The position numbers were made by a program, and so were the translations under genes. This document shows, in pieces, positions 50,159-59,513 of a stretch of 64,000 bases of DNA. This DNA comes from Alphaproteobacteria bacterium. Its GTDB lineage: Bacteria; Pseudomonadota; Alphaproteobacteria; Rs-D84. The notes beneath the pieces were generated by a model that was given only the letters and a program-made list of their open reading frames with translations, was not told the origin of the DNA and ran no database searches. The DNA lies in contig JAFUTJ010000007.1 in NCBI GenBank assembly GCA_017471445.1, forward strand, positions 3,498 through 67,497, read 5' to 3'. The first letter of the stretch is position 1; each line of letters opens with the position of its first letter.

Positions 50159-51655
50159 ATGAATCTGATTCGGGCAATTTTTATCAATATTTGTGTTGTG
50201 GCGATTTCATTTCCCGCCATGGCCATCGTGCAAACGGCATGGGACAACCCGACCGCAAATATGGCCGTCGGCAGTACCAAGCCAGGCTATGCCCAATTGG
50301 CGTGGACGCCGGGTGCAGTTTTGCCAGTTAAATTGCGCAGTGGTATGGTTACAATGATAACGTTGCCAAATGGCGAACAAATTGAAGATGCGGTTATTGG
50401 TGACAATACGTCGTTTTCAATTGACACGACCCAGGGCGACCGTACATTGTTTATAACGCCAAGCGGTACCAATCAAGGCAATGACACAAACCTGATTGTG
50501 ATGGGAAAATCTGGGAATAATTATACATTCTATCTGCGGGCCGAACCACTTAATTCATCTGAAATCACATATTCCCAGGTTGATGTTACACTGGATGGCA
50601 ACGGCGTCATTGCAGGCGCAACCACGGCACGCAGCGGTGCATCATCGGCCGGAATGGGGTCTATATTTCGCAAATCAGCAAAGACATCTGGAACACTTGG
50701 GGTTGATGGCGAAGACTATGGGTGGATTAAGTCAATGAAAATTGACCCGTCAGAATTTCGATTCGACATGGATATATTTGTACCCAACCCAGACGATTAC
50801 GTTATCGCCCCCGAACGCGTGTGGCGCGACAGAATATTTACATACATTGACTTTGGCGACAAGGTTATTGCCATGACCCAGCGACCAGTTGTATCATTAT
50901 TGGTCGAAGGCGGCGAATCGCCGGTTGGATTTCGCACCGATGGGGAAGATGGGCGTTTGTTGATAGTAGAGGCGGTTGGCGACATGGTTCTGCGCAGTGG
51001 TCAACGCATTGTGTGCATTAAAAAGCGCGAGAAACCGTTCTTGATTGCAGATACGGCATCTGTCATGGCATTGGCCGAAGCGAACGTTGCACAATCAATG
51101 GCATCAACACAATCGTTGAACAACGCGGCATATGTGATGCCTGCCGCCGGTGTTAACGGTGCCGTAAACGCAGGATATATAACCATGCCCAGTGCAATTC
51201 CAAATACAACAAATGGTGCCGTGATGTATCAACAACAAATGATACCATCATATACCGGAACCGGTGCATCGGGGGTAAATATGATTCCGACCGAACGTTT
51301 AACCGCGGGTTCATACCTGCCGAATACGAATATACCACTGATACCAAGTAACCAAAGCGGTGTTGCCGTTGAATTAAAATCAGATACGTCGGTCAAGGCA
51401 CTGGACGATTATTGGACGGGCTTGTTGGCGAAATTTAGCGGCGATGACGGCAAAGGTCTGTTAACGCCATACAAAGACAGTGTGTTCTTTGCGGTTGATG
51501 AACAAGGCGTTGGCGAATTGGGATCGCGTGCGTCAACCGCCCGACTGTATCGGTTGCGCATTGGACCGATGTCTGATATTGACACCGCCCAAAAATTATG
51601 CGACCAATTGTTAAAGTTCAGTGGTAACAGTTGCCATGTGGTTAGAATACAATAA
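50159..51655 (+). CDS. virB9: type IV secretion protein VirB9 with C-terminal SPOR-like domain
   Basis: Signal peptide. VirB9/CagX/TrbG N-domain (GDNTSFSIDT..LFITP..TNLIVMGKSGNNYTFYLRAE). VirB9 C-domain (VWRDRIFTYIDF..VLRSGQRIVCI). The last ~98 aa end LYRLRIGPMSDIDTAQKLCDQLLKFSGNSCHVVRIQ, which is SPOR-like. Confidence 0.8.
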   Translation: MNLIRAIFINICVVAISFPAMAIVQTAWDNPTANMAVGSTKPGYAQLAWTPGAVLPVKLRSGMVTMITLPNGEQIEDAVIGDNTSFSIDTTQGDRTLFITPSGTNQGNDTNLIVMGKSGNNYTFYLRAEPLNSSEITYSQVDVTLDGNGVIAGATTARSGASSAGMGSIFRKSAKTSGTLGVDGEDYGWIKSMKIDPSEFRFDMDIFVPNPDDYVIAPERVWRDRIFTYIDFGDKVIAMTQRPVVSLLVEGGESPVGFRTDGEDGRLLIVEAVGDMVLRSGQRIVCIKKREKPFLIADTASVMALAEANVAQSMASTQSLNNAAYVMPAAGVNGAVNAGYITMPSAIPNTTNGAVMYQQQMIPSYTGTGASGVNMIPTERLTAGSYLPNTNIPLIPSNQSGVAVELKSDTSVKALDDYWTGLLAKFSGDDGKGLLTPYKDSVFFAVDEQGVGELGSRASTARLYRLRIGPMSDIDTAQKLCDQLLKFSGNSCHVVRIQ

Positions 51656-51661
51656 ATATTA

Positions 51662-54127
51662 ATGGACATATACATGCCTGTGTCAAAACCAAATATATTT
51701 TCTGTCAATGCAATAAAAAACGGTATCCGTGGATTACCCCGGGCGACGCGTTGGCTGTTGCTGGCCGCGGCAATATTGATTGTTGTGATACTGATGACAG
51801 TGTTATTGACCGGGCGTTTTAATCGGGCGCGTCCAATTGCAACCAATGATTTGCCAATTGAATTGACATTAAAGTCAGAAACCATTTCTGATATAAACAA
51901 TACAAATGAAATTGATTGGGGCAATGTAACGGTTGGCGATTCAGAAACAGGTGAAATTGAAATATCAACCACAGCACGCGCAAACGTTCGTATTACGTTT
52001 TCGCGTGATATTGATGGGTTTGTACAAAAACAAACATGTAATGCGGTAAATGTTGTGGACAACAGTATTTCATGTCGCGTGTTTTTGACGTATACCCCAA
52101 CGCGTGAAAGTGTCGAAAACACAATGCTCTTGAACATACATTGGTGGGGCGAACGCGAAAAAGAAGAAATCGCCCAGGTTCGCACCATAAAAATAAAACT
52201 GGGGGCGGTATCACCGATACCGGCTTCCGCGCCCGCGCCAATACCGGTACAGACGCCATCGCCTGTGGCCGAACCTGTACCCGTGGCCGAGCCTGTGCCC
52301 GTTGCGCCCCAGCCGACGTTGCCCGATATTGATGACGGGGTACGCGAAACCGTTGATGCCCTGGCGGGGGATGATAGTTTCTTTGATTTAGAACCAGAAC
52401 CAATACCAACGGTTGCAAAACGTACGCCACCGGTTGAGGCATGTTCGGATTTTGCATTTCCCGGCTATAATGAATACGGCACACAAATTGGGTGGATAAA
52501 ACCGGAACATGGTGCATACTATTTTCATCCATTTTCAGATCGAGAATGCAAAAACGCAACCGGGGTATATAATCCAGACAACGGAATTATTACCGACATA
52601 AAAAATGCCGGCAGACGCATCGGCACCGACGCAGAACACATTGGGTATATCGGTACAGGCGCAAGTATTCCGCAATTGACAAACCCGATACGCGAACGTC
52701 AAAAAATTGACGCAACATCACCAGATGCCGAATGGTTAGAACAATCGTCCGACACAGTCAGGGCCAAAAGACTGTTACAAACAGATGATGACAATGACAC
52801 TTTTGGTGGTATCAGAAAACGCGAAACATCAGACGTTATAGACGGCACATCGGGCGACGCCGTACTGTCAACCGACCCATATGACAGAACATTTGTCTTG
52901 CGCCAGTATAAGCCGATTCCGGCAACTATTGTTTCTGATGTACGTGCAGACCCAAAAATATACGAATCCGACAAAGCGAATCAATTACCTGTACGTGCAA
53001 CGGTTGACCGTAATGTCTATTCTGATAATGGTCGCACGGTTGTTATACCGGCCGGTACACTGTTGTTGGGGTATTTAACCGGTGATATGCCCGGGCCATA
53101 TAAATCGATTGGGCGTATGGAAATAAATTGGTATCAGTTTATATTGCCAAATGGTGCCGAGTTTAATTTTGAAGGTGATAACACCGACCCGTTTTCTGGT
53201 GATGCCCAGGGACGCGTTGGTGTACCCGGCCACGGCAGTACCGATTACATTGAACAAATGGTTATGCCAATGTTAACCGCCATTGTACCGGCGGCGGTAA
53301 ATATGATTGCACCAATTGCCGATGCATTCGTTAATAAAATTGACCTGGACAGCAATACTGTCACACAATCTGGAACAATACGTTCATCTGAATTGGCCAA
53401 GAATCAATTGGTCGAAGCATGGAACCAGGTTGCACAAAAATTATTGGTTGATGCAATGGATAATACCGTTCCGCCATTTACCATTGCCGCCGGTACACGT
53501 ATCACAGTATATTCACCCAGTGATTTGATTATTACGTGTGGCGATTCTGATAAAAACAAAAAATGTGCGGTCAGCAAATTTAAAGGGAAAGACCAGAACA
53601 CAAAACGTGCAAAATGGAAACACAAAGCGACCCCGAACTATGAAGATGGTTCGTGGACAGGGCAAGTGCGTCAGTTTATCTTAGATTCGGAAGATTTCTG
53701 TGACGGCAATAGCGGCAAACCCAAGATGAGTAAACAAAAGATACAAGAAATGGGCTATGATTACAGAACCATTCTGGCATATTGTCAATCATTACAATAC
53801 CAGGCAAAAAATAATGCAAAATATGATGCATATAAAGCGGGTGGGCAACAAGGTTATGTAAATTCCCAAACCGGGGAAACGTTGACCAAAGGCAGTCAAG
53901 AGTATAACGAACAAGTTTTGGGGTTACAATATGATGATAAAAATAATGTAAAAAATCCATTCCAGACAGAAAAGTTGCCAGAACCAGAACCAACAATAAA
54001 CTGTCTGGATGGTACCGCACCGGATTCATATGGTTGCTGTACCGGGGAAATATATACCGATATGGGCGAACAAGGATTCAATTGTTGTCCAGTGGAAGGT
54101 GGCGATTGTTTCCCGCCAATTGAATAA
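51662..54127 (+). CDS. virB10: type IV secretion protein VirB10 (821 aa) with N- and C-terminal extensions
   Basis: TM helix (res ~30-50), Pro-rich linker (PIPASAPAPIPVQTPSPVAEPVPVAEPVPVAPQP), and a TrbI/VirB10 core (res ~405-625: VIPAGTLLLGYL..INWYQFILPNG..GTRITVY). A ~195-aa Cys-containing tail follows. Confidence 0.85.
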   Translation: MDIYMPVSKPNIFSVNAIKNGIRGLPRATRWLLLAAAILIVVILMTVLLTGRFNRARPIATNDLPIELTLKSETISDINNTNEIDWGNVTVGDSETGEIEISTTARANVRITFSRDIDGFVQKQTCNAVNVVDNSISCRVFLTYTPTRESVENTMLLNIHWWGEREKEEIAQVRTIKIKLGAVSPIPASAPAPIPVQTPSPVAEPVPVAEPVPVAPQPTLPDIDDGVRETVDALAGDDSFFDLEPEPIPTVAKRTPPVEACSDFAFPGYNEYGTQIGWIKPEHGAYYFHPFSDRECKNATGVYNPDNGIITDIKNAGRRIGTDAEHIGYIGTGASIPQLTNPIRERQKIDATSPDAEWLEQSSDTVRAKRLLQTDDDNDTFGGIRKRETSDVIDGTSGDAVLSTDPYDRTFVLRQYKPIPATIVSDVRADPKIYESDKANQLPVRATVDRNVYSDNGRTVVIPAGTLLLGYLTGDMPGPYKSIGRMEINWYQFILPNGAEFNFEGDNTDPFSGDAQGRVGVPGHGSTDYIEQMVMPMLTAIVPAAVNMIAPIADAFVNKIDLDSNTVTQSGTIRSSELAKNQLVEAWNQVAQKLLVDAMDNTVPPFTIAAGTRITVYSPSDLIITCGDSDKNKKCAVSKFKGKDQNTKRAKWKHKATPNYEDGSWTGQVRQFILDSEDFCDGNSGKPKMSKQKIQEMGYDYRTILAYCQSLQYQAKNNAKYDAYKAGGQQGYVNSQTGETLTKGSQEYNEQVLGLQYDDKNNVKNPFQTEKLPEPEPTINCLDGTAPDSYGCCTGEIYTDMGEQGFNCCPVEGGDCFPPIE

Positions 54128-54152
54128 CATGGTTGATATGCGCAAAGTACAA

Positions 54153-54185
54153 TACACGCGATTTTATTAAATCGCGTGTATTTTT
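54153..54185 (+). terminator. intrinsic terminator after virB10
   Basis: TACACGCGATTT-TATT-AAATCGCGTGTA (12-bp stem) followed by TTTTT. Confidence 0.8.
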
Positions 54186-54352
54186 ATAAAAATGCGTATG
54201 TTTTGCGATTCGCATAAAAAAAGAAAAACGCATTTAACCCCGCACAAAACAAATATCAAATTCAATCATAAATTGAATTATTTAACAGGATTATATTCTT
54301 TGTTTATAACAAGATACATATGCAACTTTAACACAAACCAAAGGAGTAAACA

Positions 54353-54694
54353 ATGTTGCAAACAAAAAACGATACAAAATCTGAAAAATTTCCAAATGCT
54401 GAACAATTATGGTTTTGGTTCTTGTATTCTAAATCAATCCGTTCAATGTTAACGCATACACACAATAATTCCGTGCGACGGGTATGCGAACTGATTGATG
54501 TAGAAACGTTGATAACAAAACTGTATTTATCGGGTCAATTAACTGATGAACAAATTGGAATAATGAAGCAATTTGGCGATTTGCGGCGCGCACCGCATCA
54601 ATATATATGGCGTGAAAATCGTGCGGCGTATATTTGGAACGACGCAATGAATATAATTGCTAATGCCGCCCGCGCCCGTGGTTGGATTGAATAA
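54353..54694 (+). CDS. hypothetical protein (113 aa)
   Basis: Strong AAAGGAG SD. A hairpin lies downstream (ttctgatttctg / cagaaatcagaa). No family confidently recognised. Confidence 0.6.
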   Translation: MLQTKNDTKSEKFPNAEQLWFWFLYSKSIRSMLTHTHNNSVRRVCELIDVETLITKLYLSGQLTDEQIGIMKQFGDLRRAPHQYIWRENRAAYIWNDAMNIIANAARARGWIE

Positions 54695-54766
54695 AATAAT
54701 TCTGATTTCTGGTTTAATGGGATTTGATTCCTGCAAATCAGAAATCAGAAACCAGGAATATATAAA

Positions 54767-55150
54767 ATGATAATAATCGCATTTTCACGCAAGACATCAA
54801 AAATACTGCCGCGGATTATATGTCGCAAATTTCGTCATGTTGCACCAATGCAATGCCGCGGCGACAAGATTGTAATGTATCAATTTATACGACCGGGGCA
54901 TATTGAAAAAATAAATATGCATATGCGCGATATAAAAATATTGCATGCACACGGTTGGGAATTTATTAAATTAAACAATATAAACATGCCACACGGTAAT
55001 TGGTGGCACGGCGCATATTCATGTGTCAACATGACCAAGCGCGCATGTAATATACACACCGTATTTATACAAACACCGGATGGTTTGTATCACGCATTGA
55101 ACAGATACCAAGATATTGGTACCAATCACACCGCCACCAAACATAAATAA
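54767..55150 (+). CDS. hypothetical protein (127 aa)
   Basis: ORF with AGGAA upstream. AT-rich, no family confidently recognised. Confidence 0.5.
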   Translation: MIIIAFSRKTSKILPRIICRKFRHVAPMQCRGDKIVMYQFIRPGHIEKINMHMRDIKILHAHGWEFIKLNNINMPHGNWWHGAYSCVNMTKRACNIHTVFIQTPDGLYHALNRYQDIGTNHTATKHK

Positions 55151-55214
55151 TACCCAATTATGCACGATTACGCGTTTTCGTTGCAAATTATACATGTAAA
55201 GGAATACGCCACCA

Positions 55215-55970
55215 TTAATTACGTACGGCCAACAAAATATTTTGTGTTAATGAATGTGCGGTCGCACTGCGCGAATTTAGAACCACTATATTTTGCGCCC
55301 CCATTAAAAAGCACGCACATTCCCACACATCGGTTAATACCGTCAATGACTTTAATATTGCATTACCCGTATTTATATTATCAACAACAACAATATCCGC
55401 CGCATTGCCCGTCATATGCTTTTCATGACGAACATCCATATTCAGCGCAACATCCAATTGTTCAATATGTAATGTATCGGGGGCAAATTCTGTGATGTGC
55501 GCATCACGCCATTGATGCAACACCGGGGCCAGTTTTGTATTCGTGTCCCCACCCGCCGATATCAGCGATATATATGGTGCACGCCCTTTATTAAATATGT
55601 GCGAATACAGTGAAACCGCATTATTCACAATATATGTTAATTGTGTTTCGTCTGGCATTGGAACGCATGCCGCATCGGTCAGTATAAATGGCGCACGCCG
55701 TCCAACACAATCATGAAACACCGCACAATGCGTTAATGTAAATTTCTGACCGTTTGTAATAATCTTGTTGATTGCAATTATGCGCCGCAAAAAATCGTCA
55801 GAATGTATATCACACTTCATTAATATCGTATCGCCATCAATTTGTTGTGCGGCAATATTATTATCATCGGATGCAATCGCAAATTCAGTAATATTTTCAT
55901 TTTCACGCATCGCGTTATGAATCGCAGTTTTATACTTTTCAGGCATTTCGCCAAAGCACAATATTTTCAT
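55215..55970 (-). CDS. phosphate acetyl/butyryl-transferase (PTA_PTB)-like protein
   Basis: ILTDAA, VVDNINTGNAILKSL and LNSRSAT resemble PTA_PTB family motifs. It is shorter than typical Pta. Confidence 0.5.
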   Translation of the reverse strand: MKILCFGEMPEKYKTAIHNAMRENENITEFAIASDDNNIAAQQIDGDTILMKCDIHSDDFLRRIIAINKIITNGQKFTLTHCAVFHDCVGRRAPFILTDAACVPMPDETQLTYIVNNAVSLYSHIFNKGRAPYISLISAGGDTNTKLAPVLHQWRDAHITEFAPDTLHIEQLDVALNMDVRHEKHMTGNAADIVVVDNINTGNAILKSLTVLTDVWECACFLMGAQNIVVLNSRSATAHSLTQNILLAVRN

Positions 55971-56105
55971 TTCCTTGTTCCCTGATTTATGGTGGGGATT
56001 CTAACAAAATGCTTTGTGTTTTATCAAATGATTTTTTCCCGCATTTAATTATGCATTAATTTATGATATAATATGCTGTGTAATATTTTAATTCAGGGGA
56101 CGCTT

Positions 56106-57044
56106 ATGAAAATTGCAATTATCGGTATCGGTTCTGTTGGGGCGGCGGTTGCAACCGCAGTAAAAAATACAGGTTTGGCACATGAAATTGTTTTATATGA
56201 TCGTGACAATGTACGCAGTCGCGCCGCGGCCGAAGACCTGGGGCATGCGGCGGCGTTTTCGTTTGATGTAAAAATAACATCTGTTAATAACTATCGCGGT
56301 ATCCGTGGATGTGAAATTGTCATTATCGCCGCCGGCGCAAATCAAAAGCCGGGACAAACGCGAACAGACCTGTTGGATGCGAACGCGTCGGTAATTTCCG
56401 ATATTGTGCCACGTGTGATGGCAAACGTTGACCCAAAGAATGTAAAATTAATTATTGTAACAAACCCATTGGATGTAATGGTTATGTTGGCACATCGCAT
56501 ATCACACTTGCCTGCCGCACGTGTAATTGGCACAGGAACTATGCTGGATTCGGCACGGCTGCGAACAATTTTATCGCGGCAATTGTCTGTATCGCCCCAG
56601 TCGATAAATGCCTATGTTTTGGGCGAACACGGCGACAGCAGCATGATTAACTGGTCATCTGCGGCAATTGGTGCAATATCGTTGGATGATTTTTGTCGGC
56701 AAACAAAAACACATCTGCCAAAGTCAACACGTGCAACAATTGAACATCGTGTACAAAACGCCGCATACGAGATAATTCGTGGTCGTGGCGCAACATGGGA
56801 CGGTATTGCCGGTGCCGTTGCAGATTTATTACGATGCATTGTAAATGACGAACGGCGAATCGTTACCGTCAGTTCTATGGCCAATGTCACACGTGATGGC
56901 GTTGCAATGTCAATGCCGCGCATTGTCGGATGCGATGGTGTAATAACGACAATTATTCCAAAAATGGATCGTACAGAATCTGCGAAACTGCGTCGTTCGG
57001 CGCGCATAATTCGTCATAATTTTGATTGCGTGTCAAAACGCTGA
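56106..57044 (+). CDS. ldh: L-lactate/malate dehydrogenase family (LDH-like)
   Basis: MKIAIIGIGSVGAAVA Rossmann fold, ITAGANQKPGQTRTDLL-like segment, and VLGEHGDSS (LDH GEHGDS signature). CAGGGGA SD. Confidence 0.85.
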   Translation: MKIAIIGIGSVGAAVATAVKNTGLAHEIVLYDRDNVRSRAAAEDLGHAAAFSFDVKITSVNNYRGIRGCEIVIIAAGANQKPGQTRTDLLDANASVISDIVPRVMANVDPKNVKLIIVTNPLDVMVMLAHRISHLPAARVIGTGTMLDSARLRTILSRQLSVSPQSINAYVLGEHGDSSMINWSSAAIGAISLDDFCRQTKTHLPKSTRATIEHRVQNAAYEIIRGRGATWDGIAGAVADLLRCIVNDERRIVTVSSMANVTRDGVAMSMPRIVGCDGVITTIIPKMDRTESAKLRRSARIIRHNFDCVSKR

Positions 57045-57117
57045 ACCCCGCGCAAATGACGGATTAGAATCATATTTATACCACGAATATTTATTGTTAT
57101 AGTGCGCATGTAAAAAC

Positions 57118-57432
57118 ATGGAACAAACATACATGCGCCCAGAAATAAATTACATTGCTGCGCCAGATGGATTGGGATTTTTCGCCCTGTGCTGCGGGCG
57201 ACGTGTTGGCGAAATTACATTTGTTCGTGTCGGTGTCGACAAGATGATTATTGACCATACCGGTGTAAACAGCGAATATCGTGGTTTGGGCATCGGCATT
57301 GAATTATTACGATGCGCCGTACGTATGGCACGTGAACAAAATCGCAAAATAATTGCAATGTGCCCATTTGCACACGCAATGTTTTGCCGAAACCCAGAAT
57401 TTGATGACGTGCGATTAATATTAGCACACTGA
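57118..57432 (+). CDS. GNAT-family N-acetyltransferase (small YjdJ-type)
   Basis: YRGLGIGIELLRCAVRMAREQNRKIIAMCPF is the acetyl-CoA-binding motif pattern. Confidence 0.75.
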   Translation: MEQTYMRPEINYIAAPDGLGFFALCCGRRVGEITFVRVGVDKMIIDHTGVNSEYRGLGIGIELLRCAVRMAREQNRKIIAMCPFAHAMFCRNPEFDDVRLILAH

Positions 57433-57531
57433 AAATAAATCGGTAAAAAATCATTTTTTTGCATAAAAAGGTCTTGCGCGTTGTCGCCGGGCTTTACTAT
57501 AATCTGTGCATATGAAAAAAAAGGAGAAAAT

Positions 57532-58113
57532 ATGAAAAAATTATCATTTTTGGCGGCCTTGACTGGCCTGGTATTTTGTGGCGCGGCAAGTGCAGCGGAT
57601 ATAACCGTATATTATTCACCAACATGCCCGCATTGCCACAATGCACGTGGATTTATATCAAACACGTTAATTTACGAATACCCAGAATTAAAGGTGACCG
57701 AGGTTAATGCAACCGATATCGCAAACGCCGACATGTTTCAGAACGCATTAAAAAAATGTGAATACGAATCAGGTGGCGTACCAGTTTTGGTTATTGGTGA
57801 AAAATGTTTCCAGGGTTATGCAGAATTTATGAATGACGACCTGCGTAATGCGATAGAGGCAGATATGTCCGACGATGCCAAGGCCGTCGCCGCCGAAAAT
57901 AAAAAGGCAATGGAATCCGATGCGGATGCATTCAAGGCCGCACACAGTGACCGCACATCTGCGATTTCAGAATATTCGGCCAGCGCAGACGATTCCGACG
58001 CAACGGCGCAAAAAAAAAATAGCGAACCATCGGTCGCATGGTTTTATGGCCTGTTGGCGGCATTGGTTGTCGCACTGGGCATCGTGTTAATGCGTGGTAA
58101 CAAAAAGAAATAA
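57532..58113 (+). CDS. thioredoxin-fold protein (CPHC) with signal peptide and C-terminal TM anchor
   Basis: AAGGAG SD. MKKLSFLAALTGLVFCGAASA, then YYSPTCPHCHNA. C-terminal WFYGLLAALVVALGIVLM. Confidence 0.7.
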   Translation: MKKLSFLAALTGLVFCGAASAADITVYYSPTCPHCHNARGFISNTLIYEYPELKVTEVNATDIANADMFQNALKKCEYESGGVPVLVIGEKCFQGYAEFMNDDLRNAIEADMSDDAKAVAAENKKAMESDADAFKAAHSDRTSAISEYSASADDSDATAQKKNSEPSVAWFYGLLAALVVALGIVLMRGNKKK

Positions 58114-58128
58114 TTTGTTTGGTGACGT

Positions 58129-58935
58129 GTGATGTTTGATTTAACAACGCTGGATTATATATACATCGGAATTATTCTGGCATCAACCGTTTGGGCGACG
58201 ATTCGTGGCGGCGTATATGAAACAATTGCAACATTGTCGTGGGTATTGGCCGCGGTATGTGCACGTTTTACGTCGCCCTGGCTGGACGATTTGCTTCAGC
58301 GTTGGTTCCACCTGACCGAATCAACGGTTGGGACGTTGGTTGCATCATATTTTGTCGTGTTCTTTGCAATTTTACTGATAGCAGGGTTCTTTAACCAAAA
58401 ATTGCGCGACAAAATCCAAGACAGCATGATGAATGTAACCGACCACACACTGGGCGTGATATTCGGAATAATTCGCGGCATTGTTGTAATGGGCGTGTTT
58501 TATTGGATTACAATATGGTATTATTCAGATGCACCCCATTTACCGTCATGGGTTGCAAACGCACGTACGCGCCCGGTTATGCAATTAACCGCAATCAAGA
58601 TGGACAGATGGTTCATTCCCGGCCCAGACAATAAATTATTAGCCCGTGACCAGGCCGGCAGTTTCGAGGCAATGGAAATCTACAACAACCTGATTAATCC
58701 GGCGGTGTCTGAAACAAAACCGACCGCCAATTCGGTCGACGCAAACGTCCCAGATACAAAAAAAGCAGAAACGAAAAAAAACGATACAGAACAAAAGAAA
58801 TCTGTACCACCGCGGCCTGCACCAAAGCCCGTCGGTGCAGATGCCGAAACCGGATATCGTTCATCTGAACGTACCGCGTTGGAAAATCAGTTGTTGCAAA
58901 TTGAAACCGCGGCACGTGCCGAAAAAGATGAATAA
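58129..58935 (+). CDS. cvpA: CvpA-family membrane protein with extended hydrophilic C-terminus
   Basis: LDYIYIGIILASTVWATIRGGVYE and four TM segments typical of CvpA. The first codon is GTG, with an ATG at 58132. Confidence 0.8.
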   Translation: MMFDLTTLDYIYIGIILASTVWATIRGGVYETIATLSWVLAAVCARFTSPWLDDLLQRWFHLTESTVGTLVASYFVVFFAILLIAGFFNQKLRDKIQDSMMNVTDHTLGVIFGIIRGIVVMGVFYWITIWYYSDAPHLPSWVANARTRPVMQLTAIKMDRWFIPGPDNKLLARDQAGSFEAMEIYNNLINPAVSETKPTANSVDANVPDTKKAETKKNDTEQKKSVPPRPAPKPVGADAETGYRSSERTALENQLLQIETAARAEKDE

Positions 58936-58937
58936 GT

Positions 58938-58962
58938 GCCCCCGATTTTGGGGGCTTTTTTT
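58938..58962 (+). terminator. intrinsic terminator after cvpA
   Basis: GCCCCC-GATTTT-GGGGGC followed by TTTTTTT. Confidence 0.8.
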
Positions 58963-59191
58963 ATATTATATTCTGTTGATATTTTATTTACTGTTTCTGT
59001 GGTACATAATACAATGAACACATATCAGCATAAAGCATAATTTATATTATATTTGCATCATACGTTTAATTTTAACCGTAATTTTTATGCACGTTAATGC
59101 CTGTCCACGCCATGGGGGTACGGCACGCCCGGTGTTACATGTAAAAAAGAATCCACAACGGATGACAAATGTGGATTTATTTTACGTGAAA

Positions 59192-59220
59192 CAAATAAAA
59201 AAACGCGGCGATGCCGCGTC
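59192..59220 (-). terminator. intrinsic terminator after rpmA
   Basis: ACGCGGC-loop-GCCGCGT, followed on the minus strand by TTTTTTT. Confidence 0.75.
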
Positions 59221-59228
59221 TTAATGCC

Positions 59229-59489
59229 CTATTCTGCATCAGGAACAACCGAAACTGTTTTACGGTCGCCCAATCCTTTCTTGAATTGAACCTTGCCCGA
59301 TACCTTGGCAAAAATTGTATGGTCTTTGCCCATGCCGACATTCAGTCCCGGGTGCACCGCGGTACCACGTTGCCGGATGATGATATTTCCCGGAATTACG
59401 TGTGAACCACCAGATTTCTTTACCCCTAGTCTGCGTCCCGCGGAATCGCGTCCGTTGGTTGATGCCGAACCTGCTTTCTTGTGTGCCAT
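59229..59489 (-). CDS. rpmA: 50S ribosomal protein L27
   Basis: [32 protein letters not shown]. Confidence 0.95.
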   Translation of the reverse strand: MAHKKAGSASTNGRDSAGRRLGVKKSGGSHVIPGNIIIRQRGTAVHPGLNVGMGKDHTIFAKVSGKVQFKKGLGDRKTVSVVPDAE

Positions 59490-59513
59490 AATTTAACTCC
59501 TTCGGCTTGATAT

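Noticed and set aside
51409-52188. 259-aa ORF antisense to the virB9/virB10 junction
   Set aside because: It is a shadow ORF opposite well-supported VirB9 and VirB10 coding sequence, with no SD and no recognisable motifs.
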